NCBI RefSeq assembly: GCF_009914755.1
Contig: NC_060939.1
Reading direction: 5' to 3' (one strand)
Source of the DNA: the human T2T-CHM13v2.0 reference genome, Homo sapiens
DNA length: 64,000 bases
The number at the start of each line of letters is the position of its first letter. Position 1 is the first letter of the stretch. Of this stretch, positions 44,688 through 61,826 are shown in pieces. The position numbers and the translations under genes were made by a program. Below the pieces are notes generated by a model. It was not told where the DNA came from, searched no databases, and was given only the letters and a program-made list of their open reading frames with translations.

Positions 44688-46828
44688 TTATATATGATAT
44701 ATGTTATATGTTATGTAATATGCTTTATATGTAATATATAACCTCATATATATTATATGTCATAATATATAATAGTTATCCTGTGTCATATTATATATAT
44801 TATATATTTCATAACATATATAATATATAATACATATTATACATCTTATATATGAAAATATGTAATTAGAGATAAAATAACATATAGTTATATATAATAT
44901 GATATATAACATATATACTATATCATATATGATATATAATATATAATTTTTTATTGCATATTATAATTCATATATATTATAATTTATATAATGATATAAT
45001 TATTTATATAATATAAATAATTATACATGATTATATAATTATATATAATATAAATAATAATATATATAATTACATATTCATATCGTTATATATAATAATA
45101 CATTTCATATGTAATTATATATATCATATAATAGACAACACACCTAATATATAATATATAATATATATTATACAATATAGGATACAAAAGATGTATGATA
45201 TATAAGATATCATAATATAATATATATTTTAACATTATGTATGTAACATGTAATATGTGATATATAAAATAAATTATGTAATATAAAATAATATAATATA
45301 ATATATACTATATTAAGGTATATTATGTAAAGTATGTAATAAAATTATAAGTAACATAATATATAGTTATATATATTATCTTATGTATTTACATAGAGTA
45401 TTATACAGTTATATATAATTTTAAATTGTTATATATAATTTAATATAAAACAAATATAATATACATCATAACATATATATTGTATACCATATATATATTA
45501 TGTATCATATATTGTATGTTATATATCATATATTGTATATCATATATTATATGTTATATGTATCACATTCCACATTTTGTATATTATAAATTATATACAA
45601 TATATGACATATATTATATTATATATAATAAATTATACATTATATGTAACATAGTATATATTATATGTAACATGTATATTCTATGTAAAATATATAATAT
45701 ATAACATATTACATATAATTAATAACATAGACATATAATATATATTTAACATATGTACTATATATACAACGTATTATACATATACTATATAATATATATT
45801 ATATATATGGCATAAAATATAATATATATTATATGTCATATTTTATATATACAATTATATATTATTATATGTTATTTTATATTATCTATAACATAGATAT
45901 AATATATATACCTATAATGTATATTACATATAACGTAGATATTATATATAATATATATAATGTATATTATATATAACGTAGATATTATATATAATATATA
46001 TAATGTATATTATATATTTAATACGTATATTAACCATATAATATATTCTATATATGATATATAATATATATTATATATGTCATAAAACATAATATATAAT
46101 ATATGTCATTGTATAAATATAATACTTATATATTATCAATTATTATATTACATTTAATATATATAATATAAGATGCAGGATGTGAGACAATATTATATAT
46201 ATGTTATTTATATTATATATATGATACTATATATTATTGTATACATAATGTGTATATATATTTGTGGGTGCCCTATTTCCCATCTCATAACTTGTTTTAA
46301 GAAGCGCAGCATAATAATGTGTGGGCTTGGGATTCAGTTTTTGAAACAAAACACTGAGCCTTCAATGACCTTTCGGTCTATGTAGAAGCGCTCCTGTCTT
46401 CGTGGCAGCAGTTGGACCTCACAATGTGGATTGTGCCGTCACCCTGCAATGTTTATGCCCTATCGCCATGGTGACGGGATTAGGGATCTCCTGCTCTTGG
46501 TCCTAAAGGCCACTGTCTGTGCTGTGTTTTTCAAAGGTCAGCACAGAGTGAACCTTTGTGGTTTTATTTTCCCTGAGTTTGATTTGTCTCATGGGGAACC
46601 TGTGGTGCTGCTTTGAAGGTATATTCATACTGGCCTTTCAAATGCCAACTCTTCAAATTACTAGTTAATGCTTTCAAAGTATGTTATTTCAAAAATTATC
46701 CTCTGTATTTTCCATATGCAGTTATAAATATGTTTCATGGTTATGTTTCATTCCTCAGTTTATATATTTGATTATTGTACCAAGCAGAGTACCTTTGAAA
46801 TTTTTTTTCATCTAAAAAATATGTAAAT

Positions 46829-47120
46829 TAGCTCAGGCCTGTAATCCCAGCAAATTTGGAGGCCAAGGCAAGGGGATCACAAGGTAAAGAGATCAAGACC
46901 ATCCTGGCCAATACAGTGAAACGCTGTCACTACTAAAAATCCAAAAAATTAGCTAGGCATTGTGGCAGCTGGTGTAGTCCCAGTGTGGTGTAGTCCAAGC
47001 TACCTGGGAGGCTGAGGGAGGGCAATCGCTTGAACCCGTGAGGCAGATGTTGCAGTGAGCAAATTTGGTGCCATTGTACTCCACCCTGTGCAACAGGACA
47101 ACACTCTGTCTAAAAAAAAA
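46829..47120 (+). mobile_element. Truncated Alu (U20)
   Basis: Copy of the U1 Alu. Confidence 0.95.
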
Positions 47121-49268
47121 TTATATATGATATATGTTATATGTTATGTAATATGCTTTATATGTAATATATAACCTCATATATATTATATGTCATAATA
47201 TATAATAGTTATCCTGTGTCATATTATATATATTATATATTTCATAACATATATAATATATAATACATATTATACATCTTATATATGAAAATATGTAATT
47301 AGAGATAAAATAACATATAGTTATATATAATATGATATATAACATATATACTATATCATATATGATATATAATATATAATTTTTTATTGCATATTATAAT
47401 TCATATATATTATAATTTATATAATGATATAATTATTTATATAATATAAATAATTATACATGCTTATATAATTATATATAATATAAATAATAATATATAT
47501 AATTACATATTCATATCGTTATATATAATAATACATTTCATATGTAATTATATATATCATATAATAGACAACACACCTAATATATAATATATAATATATA
47601 TTATACAATATAGGATACAAAAGATGTATGATATATAAGATATCATAATATAATATATATTTTAACATTATGTATGTAACATGTAATATATGATATATAA
47701 AATAAATTATGTAATATAAAATAATATAATATAATATATACTATATTAAGGTATATTATGTAAAGTATGTAATAAAATTATAAGTAACATAATATATAGT
47801 TATATATATTATCTTATGTATTTACATAGAGTATTATACAGTTATATATAATTTTATATTGTTATATATAATTTAATATAAAACAAATATAATATATATC
47901 ATAACATATATATTGTATACCATATATATATTATGTATCATATATTGTATGTTATATATTATATATTCTATATCATATATCATATATTATATGTTATATG
48001 TATCACATTCCACATTTTGTATATTATAAATTATATACAATATATGACATATATTATATTATATATAATAAATTATACATTATATGTAACATAGTATATA
48101 TTATATGTAACATGTATATTCTATGTAAAATATATAATATATAACATATAACATATAATTAATAACATAGACATATAATATATATTTAATATATGTACTA
48201 TATATACAACGTATTATACATATACTATATAATATATATTATATATATGGCATAAAATATAATATATATTATATGTCATATTTTATATATACAATTATAT
48301 ATTATTATATGTTATTTTATATTATGTATAACATAGATATAATATATATACCTATAATGTATATTACATATAACGTAGATATTATATATAATATATATAA
48401 TGTATATTATATATAACGTAGATATTATATATAATATATATAATGTATATTATATATTTAATACGTATATTAACCATATAATATATTCTATATATGATAT
48501 ATAATATATATTATATATGTCATAAAACATAATATATAATATATGTCATTGTATAAATATAATACTTATATATTATCAATTATTATATTACATTTAATAT
48601 ATATAATATAAGATGCAGGATGTGAGACAATATTATATATATGTTATTTATATTATATATATGATACTATATATTATTGTATACATAATGTGTATATATA
48701 TTTGTGGGTGCCCTATTTCCCATCTCATAACTTGTTTTAAGAAGCGCAGCATAATAATGTGTGGGCTTGGGATTCAGTTTTTGAAACAAAACACTGAGCC
48801 TTCAATGACCTTTCGGTCTATGTAGAAGCGCTCCTGTCTTCGTGGCAGCAGTTGGACCTCACAATGTGGATTGTGCCGTCACCCTGCAATGTTTATGCCC
48901 TATCGCCATGGTGACGGGATTAGGGATCTCCTGCTCTTGGTCCTAAAGGCCACTGTCTGTGCTGTGTTTTTCAAAGGTCAGCACAGAGTGAACCTTTGTG
49001 GTTTTATTTTCCCTGAGTTTGATTTTTCTCATGGGGAACCTGTGGTGCTGCTTTGAAGGTATATTCATACTGGCCTTTCAAATGCCAACTCTTCAAATTA
49101 CTAGTTAATGCTTTCAAAGTATGTTATTTCAAAAATTATCCTCCGTATTTTCCATATGCAGTTATAAATATGTTTCATGGTTATGTTTCATTCCTCAGTT
49201 TATATATTTGATTATTGTACCAAGCAGAGTACCTTTGAAATTTTTTTTCATCTAAAAAATATGTAAAT

Positions 49269-49560
49269 TAGCTCAGGCCTGTAATCCCAGCAAATTTGGA
49301 GGCCAAGGCAAGGGGATCACAAGGTAAAGAGATCAAGACCATCCTGGCCAATACAGTGAAACGCTGTCACTACGAAAAATCCAAAAAATTAGCTAGGCAT
49401 TGTGGCAGCTGGTGTAGTCCCAGTGTGGTGTAGTCCAAGCTACCTGGGAGGCTGAGGGAGGGCAATCGCTTGAACCCGTGAGGCAGATGTTGCAGTGAGC
49501 AAATTTGGTGCCATTGTACTCCACCCTGTGCAACAGGACAACACTCTGTCTAAAAAAAAA
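49269..49560 (+). mobile_element. Truncated Alu (U21)
   Basis: Copy of the U1 Alu. Confidence 0.95.
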
Positions 49561-51708
49561 TTATATATGATATATGTTATATGTTATGTAATATGCTTTA
49601 TATGTAATATATAACCTCATATATATTATATGTCATAATATATAATAGTTATCCTGTGTCATATTATATATATTATATATTTCATAACATATATAATATA
49701 TAATACATATTATACATCTTATATATGAAAATATGTAATTAGAGATAAAATAACATATAGTTATATATAATATGATATATAACATATATACTATATCATA
49801 TATGATATATAATATATAATTTTTTATTGCATATTATAATTCATATATATTATAATTTATATAATGATATAATTATTTATATAATATAAATAATTATACA
49901 TGATTATATAATTATATATAATATAAATAATAATATATATAATTACATATTCATATCGTTATATATAATAATACATTTCATATGTAATTATATATATCAT
50001 ATAATAGACAACACACCTAATATATAATATATAATATATATTATACAATATAGGATACAAAAGATGTATGATATATAAGATATCATAATATAATATATAT
50101 TTTAACATTATGTATGTAACATGTAATATGTGATATATAAAATAAATTATGTAATATAAAATAATATAATATAATATATACTATATTAAGGTATATTATG
50201 TAAAGTATGTAATAAAATTATAAGTAACATAATATATAGTTATATATATTATCTTATGTATTTACATAGAGTATTATACAGTTATATATAATTTTAAATT
50301 GTTATATATAATTTAATATAAAACAAATATAATATATATCATAACATATATATTGTATACCATATATATATTATGTATCATATATTGTATGTTATATATT
50401 ATATATTCTATATCATATATCATATATTATATGTTATATATATCACATTCCACATTTTGTATATTATAAATTATATACAATATATGACATATATTATATT
50501 ATATATAATAAATTATACATTATATGTAACATAGTATATATTATATGTAACATGTATATTCTATGTAAAATATATAATATATAACATATTACATATAATT
50601 AATAACATAGACATATAATATATATTTAACATATGTACTATATATACAACGTATTATACATATACTATATAATATATATTATATATATGGCATAAAATAT
50701 AATATATATTATATGTCATATTTTATATATACAATTATATATTATTATATGTTATTTTATATTATGTATAACATAGATATAATATATATACCTATAATGT
50801 ATATTACATATAACGTAGATATTATATATAATATATATAATGTATATTATATATAACGTAGATATTATATATAATATATATAATGTATATTATATATTTA
50901 ATACGTATATTAACCATATAATATATTCTATATATGATATATAATATATATTATATATGTCATAAAATATAATATATATTATATGTCATTGTATAAATAT
51001 AATACTTATATACTATCAATTATTATATTACATTTAATATATATAATATAAGATGCAGGATGTGAAACAATATTATATATATGTTATTTATATTATATAT
51101 ATGATACTATATATTATTGTATACATAATGTGTATATATATTTGTGGGTGCCCTATTTCCCATCTCATAACTTGTTTTAAGAAGCGCAGCATAATAATGT
51201 GTGGGCTTGGGATTCAGTTTTTGAAACAAAACACTGAGCCTTCAATGACCTTTCGGTCTATGTAGAAGCGCTCCTGTCTTCGTGGCAGCAGTTGGACCTC
51301 ACAATGTGGATTGTGCCGTCACCCTGCAATGTTTATGCCCTATCGCCATGGTGACGGGATTAGGGATCTCCTGCTCTTGGTCCTAAAGGCCACTGTCTGT
51401 GCTGTGTTTTTCAAAGGTCAGCACAGAGTGAACCTTTGTGGTTTTATTTTCCCTGAGTTTGATTTTTCTCATGGGGAACCTGTGGTGCTGCTTTGAAGGT
51501 ATATTCATACTGGCCTTTCAAATGCCAACTCTTCAAATTACTAGTTAATGCTTTCAAAGTATGTTATTTCAAAAATTATCCTCCGTATTTTCCATATGCA
51601 GTTATAAATATGTTTCATGGTTATGTTTCATTCCTCAGTTTATATATTTGATTATTGTACCAAGCAGAGTACCTTTGAAATTTTTTTTCATCTAAAAAAT
51701 ATGTAAAT

Positions 51709-52000
51709 TAGCTCAGGCCTGTAATCCCAGCAAATTTGGAGGCCAAGGCAAGGGGATCACAAGGTAAAGAGATCAAGACCATCCTGGCCAATACAGTGAA
51801 ACGCTGTCACTACTAAAAATCCAAAAAATTAGCTAGGCATTGTGGCAGCTGGTGTAGTCCCAGTGTGGTGTAGTCCAAGCTACCTGGGAGGCTGAGGGAG
51901 GGCAATCGCTTGAACCCGTGAGGCAGATGTTGCAGTGAGCAAATTTGGTGCCATTGTACTCCACCCTGTGCAACAGGACAACACTCTGTCTAAAAAAAAA
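51709..52000 (+). mobile_element. Truncated Alu (U22)
   Basis: Copy of the U1 Alu. Confidence 0.95.
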
Positions 52001-54140
52001 TTATATATGATATATGTTATATGTTATGTAATATGCTTTATATGTAATATATAACCTCATATATATTATATGTCATAATATATAATATTTATCCTGTGTC
52101 ATATTATATATATTATATATTTCATAACATATATAATATATAATACATATTATACATCTTATATATGAAAATATGTAATTAGAGATAAAATAACATATAG
52201 TTATATATAATATGATATATAACATATATACTATATCATATATGATATATAATATATTTTTATTACATATTAAAATTCATATATATTATAATTTATATAA
52301 TGATATAATTATTTATATAATATAAATAATTATACATAATTATATAATTATATATAATATAAATAATAATATATATAATTACATATTCATATCGTTATAT
52401 ATAATAATACATTTCATATGTAATTATATATATCATATAATAGACAACACACCTAATATATAATATATAATATATATTATACAATATAGGATACATAATA
52501 TGTATGATATATAAGATATCATAATATAATATATATTTTAACATTATGTATGTAACATGTAATATGTGATATATAAAATAAATTATGTAATATAAAATAA
52601 TATAATATAATATATACTATATTAAGGTATATTATGTAAAGTATGTAATAAAATTATAAGTAACATAATATATAGTTATATATATTATCTTATGTATTTA
52701 CATAGAGTATTATACAGTTATATATAATTTTAAATTGTTATATATAATTTAATATAAAACAAATATAATATACATCATAAAATATATATTGTATACCATA
52801 TATATTATGTATCATATATTGTATGTTATATATCATATATTGTATATCATATATCATATATTATATGTTATATGTATCACATTCCACATTTTGTATATTA
52901 TAAATTATATACAATATATGACATATATTATATTATATATAATAAATTATACATTATATGTAACATAGTATATATTATATGTAACATGTATATTCTATGT
53001 AAAATATATAATATATAACATATTACATATAATTAATAACATAGACATATAATATATATTTAATATATGTACTATATATACAACGTATTATACATACTCT
53101 ATATAATATATATTCTATATATGGCATAAAATATAATATATATTATATGTCATATTTCATATATACAATTATATATTATTATATGTTATTTTATATTATA
53201 TATAACATAGATATAATATATATACCTATAATGTATATTACATATAACGTAGATATTATATATAATATATAATGTATATTATATATAACGTAGATATTAT
53301 ATATAATATATATAATGTATATTATATATTTAATACGTATATTAACCATATAATATATTCTATATATGATATATAATATATATTATATATGTCATAAAAT
53401 ATAATATATATTATATGTCATTGTATAAATATAATACTTATATATTATAAATTATTATATTACATTTAATATATATAATATAAGATGCAGGATGTGAAAC
53501 AATATTATATATATGTTATTTATATTATATATATGATACTATATATTATTGTATACATAATGTGTATATATATTTGTGGGTGCCCTATTTCCCATCTCAT
53601 AACTAGTTTTAAGAAGCGCAGCATAATAATGTGTGGGCTTGGGATTCAGTTTTTGAAACAAAACACTGAGCCTTCAATGACCTTTCGGTCTATGTAGAAG
53701 CGCTCCTGTCTTCGTGGCAGCAGTTGGACCTCACAATGTGGATTGTGCCGTCACCCTGCAATGTTTATGCCCTATCGCCATGGTGATGGGATTAGGGATC
53801 TCCTGCTCTTGGTCCTAAAGGCCACTGTCTGTGCTGTGTTTTTCAAAGGTCAGTAGAGAGTGAACCTTTGTGGTTTTATTTTCCCTGAGTTTGATTTTTC
53901 TCATGGGGAACCTGTGGTGCTGCTTTGAAGGTATATTCATACTGTCCTTTCAAATGCCAACTCTTCAAATTACTAGTTAATGCTTTCAAAGTATGTTATT
54001 TCAAAAATTATCCTCTGTATTTTCCATATGCAGTTATAAATATGTTTCATGGTTATGTTTCATTCCTCAGTTTATATATTTGATTATTGTACCACGCAGA
54101 GTACCTTTGAAATTTTTTTTCATCTAAAAAATATGTAAAT

Positions 54141-54432
54141 TAGCTCAGGCCTGTAATCCCAGCAAATTTGGAGGCCAAGGCAAGGGGATCACAAGGTAAA
54201 GAGATCAAGACCATCCTGGCCAATACAGTGAAAGGCTGTCACTACTAAAAATCCAAAAAATTAGCTAGGCATTGTGGCAGCTGGTGTAGTCCCAGTGTGG
54301 TGTAGTCCAAGCTACCTGGGAGGCTGAGGGAGGGCAATCGCTTGAACCCGTGAGGCAGATGTTGCAGTGAGCAAATTTGGTGCCATTGTACTCCACCCTG
54401 TGCAACAGGACAACACTCTGTCTAAAAAAAAA
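54141..54432 (+). mobile_element. Truncated Alu (U23)
   Basis: Copy of the U1 Alu. Confidence 0.95.
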
Positions 54433-56617
54433 TTATATATGATATATGTTATATGTTATGTAATATGCTTTATATGTAATATATAACCTCATATATATTA
54501 TATGTCATAATATATAATATTTATCCTGTGTCATATTATATATATTATATATTTCATAACATATATAATATATAATACATATTATATATTTCATAACATA
54601 TATAATATATAATACATATTATACATCTTATATATGAAAATATGTAATTAGGGATAAAATAACATATAGTTATATATAATATGATATATAACATATATAC
54701 TATATCATATATGATATATAATATATAATTTTTTATTACATATCATAATTCATATATATTATAATTTATATAATGATATAATTATTTATATAATATAAAT
54801 AATTATACATAATTATATAATTATATATAATATAAATAATAATGTATATAATTTCATATTCTTATCGTTATATATAATAATACATTTCATATGTAATTAT
54901 ATATATCATATAATAGACAACACACCTAATATATAATATATAATATATATTATACAATATAGGATACATAATATGTATGATATATAAGATATCATAATAT
55001 AATATATATTTTAACATTATGTATGTAACATGTAATATGTGATATTTAAAATAAATTATGTAATATAAAATAATATAATATAATATATACTATATTAAGG
55101 TATATTATGTAAAGTATGTAATAAAATTATAAGTAACATAATATATAGTTATATATATTATCTTATGTATTTACATAGAGTATTATACAGTTATATATAA
55201 TTTTAAATTGTTATATATAATTTAATATAAAACAAATATAATATACATCATAAAATATATATTGTATACCATATATATATTATGTATCATATATTGTATG
55301 TTATATATCATATATTGTATATCATATATCATTTATTATATGTTATATGTATCACATTCCACATTTTGTATATTATAAATTATATACAATATATGACATA
55401 TATTATATTATATATAATAAATTATACATTATATATAACATAGTATATATTATATGTAACATGTATATTCTATGTAAAATATATAATATATAACATATTA
55501 CATATAATTAATAACATAGACATATAATATATATTTAATAAATGTACTATATATACAACGTATTATACATATACTATATAATATATATTATATATATGGC
55601 ATAAAATATAATATATATTATATGTCATATTTTATATATACAATTATATATTATTATATGTTATTTTATATTATGTATAACATAGATATAATATATATAC
55701 CTATAATGTATATTACATATAACGTAGATATTATATATAATATATATAATGTATATTATATATAACGTAGATATTATATATAATATATATAATGTATATT
55801 ATATATTTAATACGTATATTAACCATATAATATATTCTATATATGATATATAATATATATTATATATGTCATAAAATATAATATATATTATATGTCATTG
55901 TATAAATATAATACTTATATATTATCAATTATTATATTACATTTAATATATATAATATAAGATGCAGGATGTGAAACAATATTATATATATGTTATTTAT
56001 ATTATATATATGATACTATATATTATTGTATACATAATGTGTATATATATTTGTGGGTGCCCTATTTCCCATCTCATAACTTGTTTTAAGAAGCGCAGCA
56101 TAATAATGTGTGGGCTTGGGATTCAGTTTTTGAAACAAAACACTGAGCCTTCAATGACCTTTCGGTCTATGTAGAAGCGCTCCTGTCTTCGTGGCAGCAG
56201 TTGGACCTCACAATGTGGATTGTGCCGTCACCCTGCAATGTTTATGCCCTATCGCCATGGTGACGGGATTAGGGATCTCCTGCTCTTGGTCCTAAAGGCC
56301 ACTGTCTGTGCTGTGTTTTTCAAAGGTCAGCACAGAGTGAACCTTTGTGGTTTTATTTTCCCTGAGTTTGATTTTTCTCATGGGGAACCTGTGGTGCTGC
56401 TTTGAAGGTATATTCATACTGGCCTTTCAAATGCCAACTCTTCAAATTACTAGTTAATGCTTTCAAAGTATGTTATTTCAAAAATTATCCTCCGTATTTT
56501 CCATATGCAGTTATAAATATGTTTCATGGTTATGTTTCATTCCTCAGTTTATATATTTGATTATTGTACCAAGCAGAGTACCTTTGAAATTTTTTTTCAT
56601 CTAAAAAATATGTAAAT

Positions 56618-56909
56618 TAGCTCAGGCCTGTAATCCCAGCAAATTTGGAGGCCAAGGCAAGGGGATCACAAGGTAAAGAGATCAAGACCATCCTGGCCAA
56701 TACAGTGAAAGGCTGTCACTACTAAAAATCCAAAAAATTAGCTAGGCATTGTGGCAGCTGGTGTAGTCCCAGTGTGGTGTAGTCCAAGCTACCTGGGAGG
56801 CTGAGGGAGGGCAATCGCTTGAACCCGTGAGGCAGATGTTGCAGTGAGCAAATTTGGTGCCATTGTACTCCACCCTGTGCAACAGGACAACACTCTGTCT
56901 AAAAAAAAA
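56618..56909 (+). mobile_element. Truncated Alu (U24)
   Basis: Copy of the U1 Alu. Confidence 0.95.
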
Positions 56910-59094
56910 TTATATATGATATATGTTATATGTTATGTAATATGCTTTATATGTAATATATAACCTCATATATATTATATGTCATAATATATAATAGTTA
57001 TCCTGTGTCATATTATATATATTATATATTTCATAACATATATAATATATAATACATATTATATATTTCATAACATATATAATATATAATACATATTATA
57101 CATCTTATATATGAAAATATGTAATTAGAGATAAAATAACATATAGTTATATATAATATGATATATAACATATATACTATATCATATATGATATATAATA
57201 TATAATTTTTTATTACATATCATAATTCATATATATTATAATTTATATAATGATATAATTATTTATATAATATAAATAATTATACATGATTATATAATTA
57301 TATATAATATAAATAATAATGTATATAATTTCATATTCTTATCGTTATATATAATAATACATTTCATATGTAATTATATATATCATATAATAGACAACAC
57401 ACCTAATATATAATATATAATATATATTATACAATATAGGATACATAATATGTATGATATATAAGATATCATAATATAATATATATTTTAACATTATGTA
57501 TGTAACATGTAATATGTGATATTTAAAATAAATTATGTAATATAAAATAATATAATATAATATATACTATATTAAGGTATATTATGTAAAGTATGTAATA
57601 AAATTATAAGTAACATAATATATAGTTATATATATTATCTTATGTATTTACATAGAGTATTATACAGTTAAATATAATTTTAAATTGTTATATATAATTT
57701 AATATAAAACAAATATAATATACATCATAAAATATATATTGTATACCATATATATATTATGTATCATATATTGTATGTTATATATCATATATTGTATATC
57801 ATATATCATATATTATATGTTATATGTATCACATTCCACATTTTGTATATTATAAATTATATACAATATATGACATATATTATATTATATATAATAAATT
57901 ATACATTATATGTAACATAGTATATATTATATGTAACATGTATATTCTATGTAAAATATATAATATATAACATATTACATATAATTAATAACATAGACAT
58001 ATAATATATATTTAACATATGTACTATATATACAACGTATTATACATATACTATATAATATATATTATATATATGGCATAAAATATAATATATATTATAT
58101 GTCATATTTTATATATACAATTATATATTATTATATGTTATTTTATATTATCTATAACATAGATATAATATATATACCTATAATGTATATTACATATAAC
58201 GTAGATATTATATATAATATATATAATGTATATTATATATAACGTAGATATTATATATAATATATATAATGTATATTATATATTTAATACGTATATTAAC
58301 CATATAATATATTCTATATATGATATATAATATATATTATATATGTCATAAAACATAATATATAATATATGTCATTGTATAAATATAATACTTATATATT
58401 ATCAATTATTATATTACATTTAATATATATAATATAAGATGCAGGATGTGAGACAATATTATATATATGTTATTTATATTATATATATGATACTATATAT
58501 TATTGTATACATAATGTGTATATATATTTGTGGGTGCCCTATTTCCCATCTCATAACTTGTTTTAAGAAGCGCAGCATAATAATGTGTGGGCTTGGGATT
58601 CAGTTTTTGAAACAAAACACTGAGCCTTCAATGACCTTTCGGTCTATGTAGAAGCGCTCCTGTCTTCGTGGCAGCAGTTGGACCTCACAATGTGGATTGT
58701 GCCGTCACCCTGCAATGTTTATGCCCTATCGCCATGGTGACGGGATTAGGGATCTCCTGCTCTTGGTCCTAAAGGCCACTGTCTGTGCTGTGTTTCTCAA
58801 AGGTCAGCACAGAGTGAACCTTTGTGGTTTTATTTTCCCTGAGTTTGATTTTTCTCATGGGGAACCTGTGGTGCTGCTTTGAAGGTATATTCATACTGGC
58901 CTTTCAAATGCCAACTCTTCAAATTACTAGTTAATGCTTTCAAAGTATGTTATTTCAAAAATTATCCTCCGTATTTTCCATATGCAGTTATAAATATGTT
59001 TCATGGTTATGTTTCATTCCTCAGTTTATATATTTGATTATTGTACCAAGCAGAGTACCTTTGAAATTTTTTTTCATCTAAAAAATATGTAAAT

Positions 59095-59386
59095 TAGCTC
59101 AGGCCTGTAATCCCAGCAAATTTGGAGGCCAAGGCAAGGGGATCACAAGGTAAAGAGATCAAGACCATCCTGGCCAATACAGTGAAACGCTGTCACTACT
59201 AAAAATCCAAAAAATTAGCTAGGCATTGTGGCAGCTGGTGTAGTCCCAGTGTGGTGTAGTCCAAGCTACCTGGGAGGCTGAGGGAGGGCAATCGCTTGAA
59301 CCCGTGAGGCAGATGTTGCAGTGAGCAAATTTGGTGCCATTGTACTCCACCCTGTGCAACAGGACAACACTCTGTCTAAAAAAAAA
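59095..59386 (+). mobile_element. Truncated Alu (U25)
   Basis: Copy of the U1 Alu. Confidence 0.95.
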
Positions 59387-61534
59387 TTATATATGATATA
59401 TGTTATATGTTATGTAATATGCTTTATATGTAATATATAACCTCATATATATTATATGTCATAATATATAATAGTTATCCTGTGTCATATTATATATATT
59501 ATATATTTCATAACATATATAATATATAATACATATTATACATCTTATATATGAAAATATGTAATTAGAGATAAAATAACATATAGTTATATATAATATG
59601 ATATATAACATATATACTATATCATATATGATATATAATATATAATTTTTTATTGCATATTATAATTCATATATATTATAATTTATATAATGATATAATT
59701 ATTTATATAATATAAATAATTATACATGATTATATAATTATATATAATATAAATAATAATATATATAATTACATATTCATATCGTTATATATAATAATAC
59801 ATTTCATATGTAATTATATATATCATATAATAGACAACACACCTAATATATAATATATAATATATATTATACAATATAGGATACAAAAGATGTATGATAT
59901 ATAAGATATCATAATATAATATATATTTTAACATTATGTATGTAACATGTAATATGTGATATATAAAATAAATTATGTAATATAAAATAATATAATATAA
60001 TATATACTATATTAAGGTATATTATGTAAAGTATGTAATAAAATTATAAGTAACATAATATATAGTTATATATATTATCTTATGTATTTACATAGAGTAT
60101 TATACAGTTATATATAATTTTAAATTGTTATATATAATTTAATATAAAACAAATATAATATATATCATAACATATATATTGTATACCATATATATATTAT
60201 GTATCATATATTGTATGTTATATATTATATATTCTATATCATATATCATATATTATATGTTATATATATCACATTCCACATTTTGTATATTATAAATTAT
60301 ATACAATATATGACATGTATTATATTATATATAATAAATTATACATTATATGTAACATAGTATATATTATATGTAACATGTATATTCTATGTAAAATATA
60401 TAATATATAACATATTACATATAATTAATAACATAGACATATAATATATATTTAACATATGTACTATATATACAACGTATTATACATATACTATATAATA
60501 TATATTATATATATGGCATAAAATATAATATATATTATATGTCATATTTTATATATACAATTATATATTATTATATGTTATTTTATATTATCTATAACAT
60601 AGATATAATATATATACCTATAATGTATATTACATATAACGTAGATATTATATATAATATATATAATGTATATTATATATAACGTAGATATTATATATAA
60701 TATATATAATGTATATTATATATTTAATACGTATATTAACCATATAATATATTCTATATATGATATATAATATATATTATATATGTCATAAAATATAATA
60801 TATATTATATGTCATTGTATAAATATAATACTTATATATTATCAATTATTATATTACATTTAATATATATAATATAAGATGCAGGATGTGAAACAATATT
60901 ATATATATGTTATTTATATTATATATATGATACTATATATTATTGTATACATAATGTGTATATATATTTGTGGGTGCCCTATTTCCCATCTCATAACTTG
61001 TTTTAAGAAGCGCAGCATAATAATGTGTGGGCTTGGGATTCAGTTTTTGAAACAAAACACTGAGCCTTCAATGACCTTTCGGTCTATGTAGAAGCGCTCC
61101 TGTCTTCGTGGCAGCAGTTGGACCTCACAATGTGGATTGTGCCGTCACCCTGCAATGTTTATGCCCTATCGCCATGGTGACGGGATTAGGGATCTCCTGC
61201 TCTTGGTCCTAAAGGCCACTGTCTGTGCTGTGTTTTTCAAAGGTCAGCACAGAGTGAACCTTTGTGGTTTTATTTTCCCTGAGTTTGATTTTTCTCATGG
61301 GGAACCTGTGGTGCTGCTTTGAAGGTATATTCATACTGGCCTTTCAAATGCCAACTCTTCAAATTACTAGTTAATGCTTTCAAAGTATGTTATTTCAAAA
61401 ATTATCCTCCGTATTTTCCATATGCAGTTATAAATATGTTTCATGGTTATGTTTCATTCCTCAGTTTATATATTTGATTATTGTACCAAGCAGAGTACCT
61501 TTGAAATTTTTTTTCATCTAAAAAATATGTAAAT

Positions 61535-61826
61535 TAGCTCAGGCCTGTAATCCCAGCAAATTTGGAGGCCAAGGCAAGGGGATCACAAGGTAAAGAGATC
61601 AAGACCATCCTGGCCAATACAGTGAAACGCTGTCACTACTAAAAATCCAAAAAATTAGCTAGGCATTGTGGCAGCTGGTGTAGTCCCAGTGTGGTGTAGT
61701 CCAAGCTACCTGGGAGGCTGAGGGAGGGCAATCGCTTGAACCCGTGAGGCAGATGTTGCAGTGAGCAAATTTGGTGCCATTGTACTCCACCCTGTGCAAC
61801 AGGACAACACTCTGTCTAAAAAAAAA
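61535..61826 (+). mobile_element. Truncated Alu (U26)
   Basis: Copy of the U1 Alu. Confidence 0.95.
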
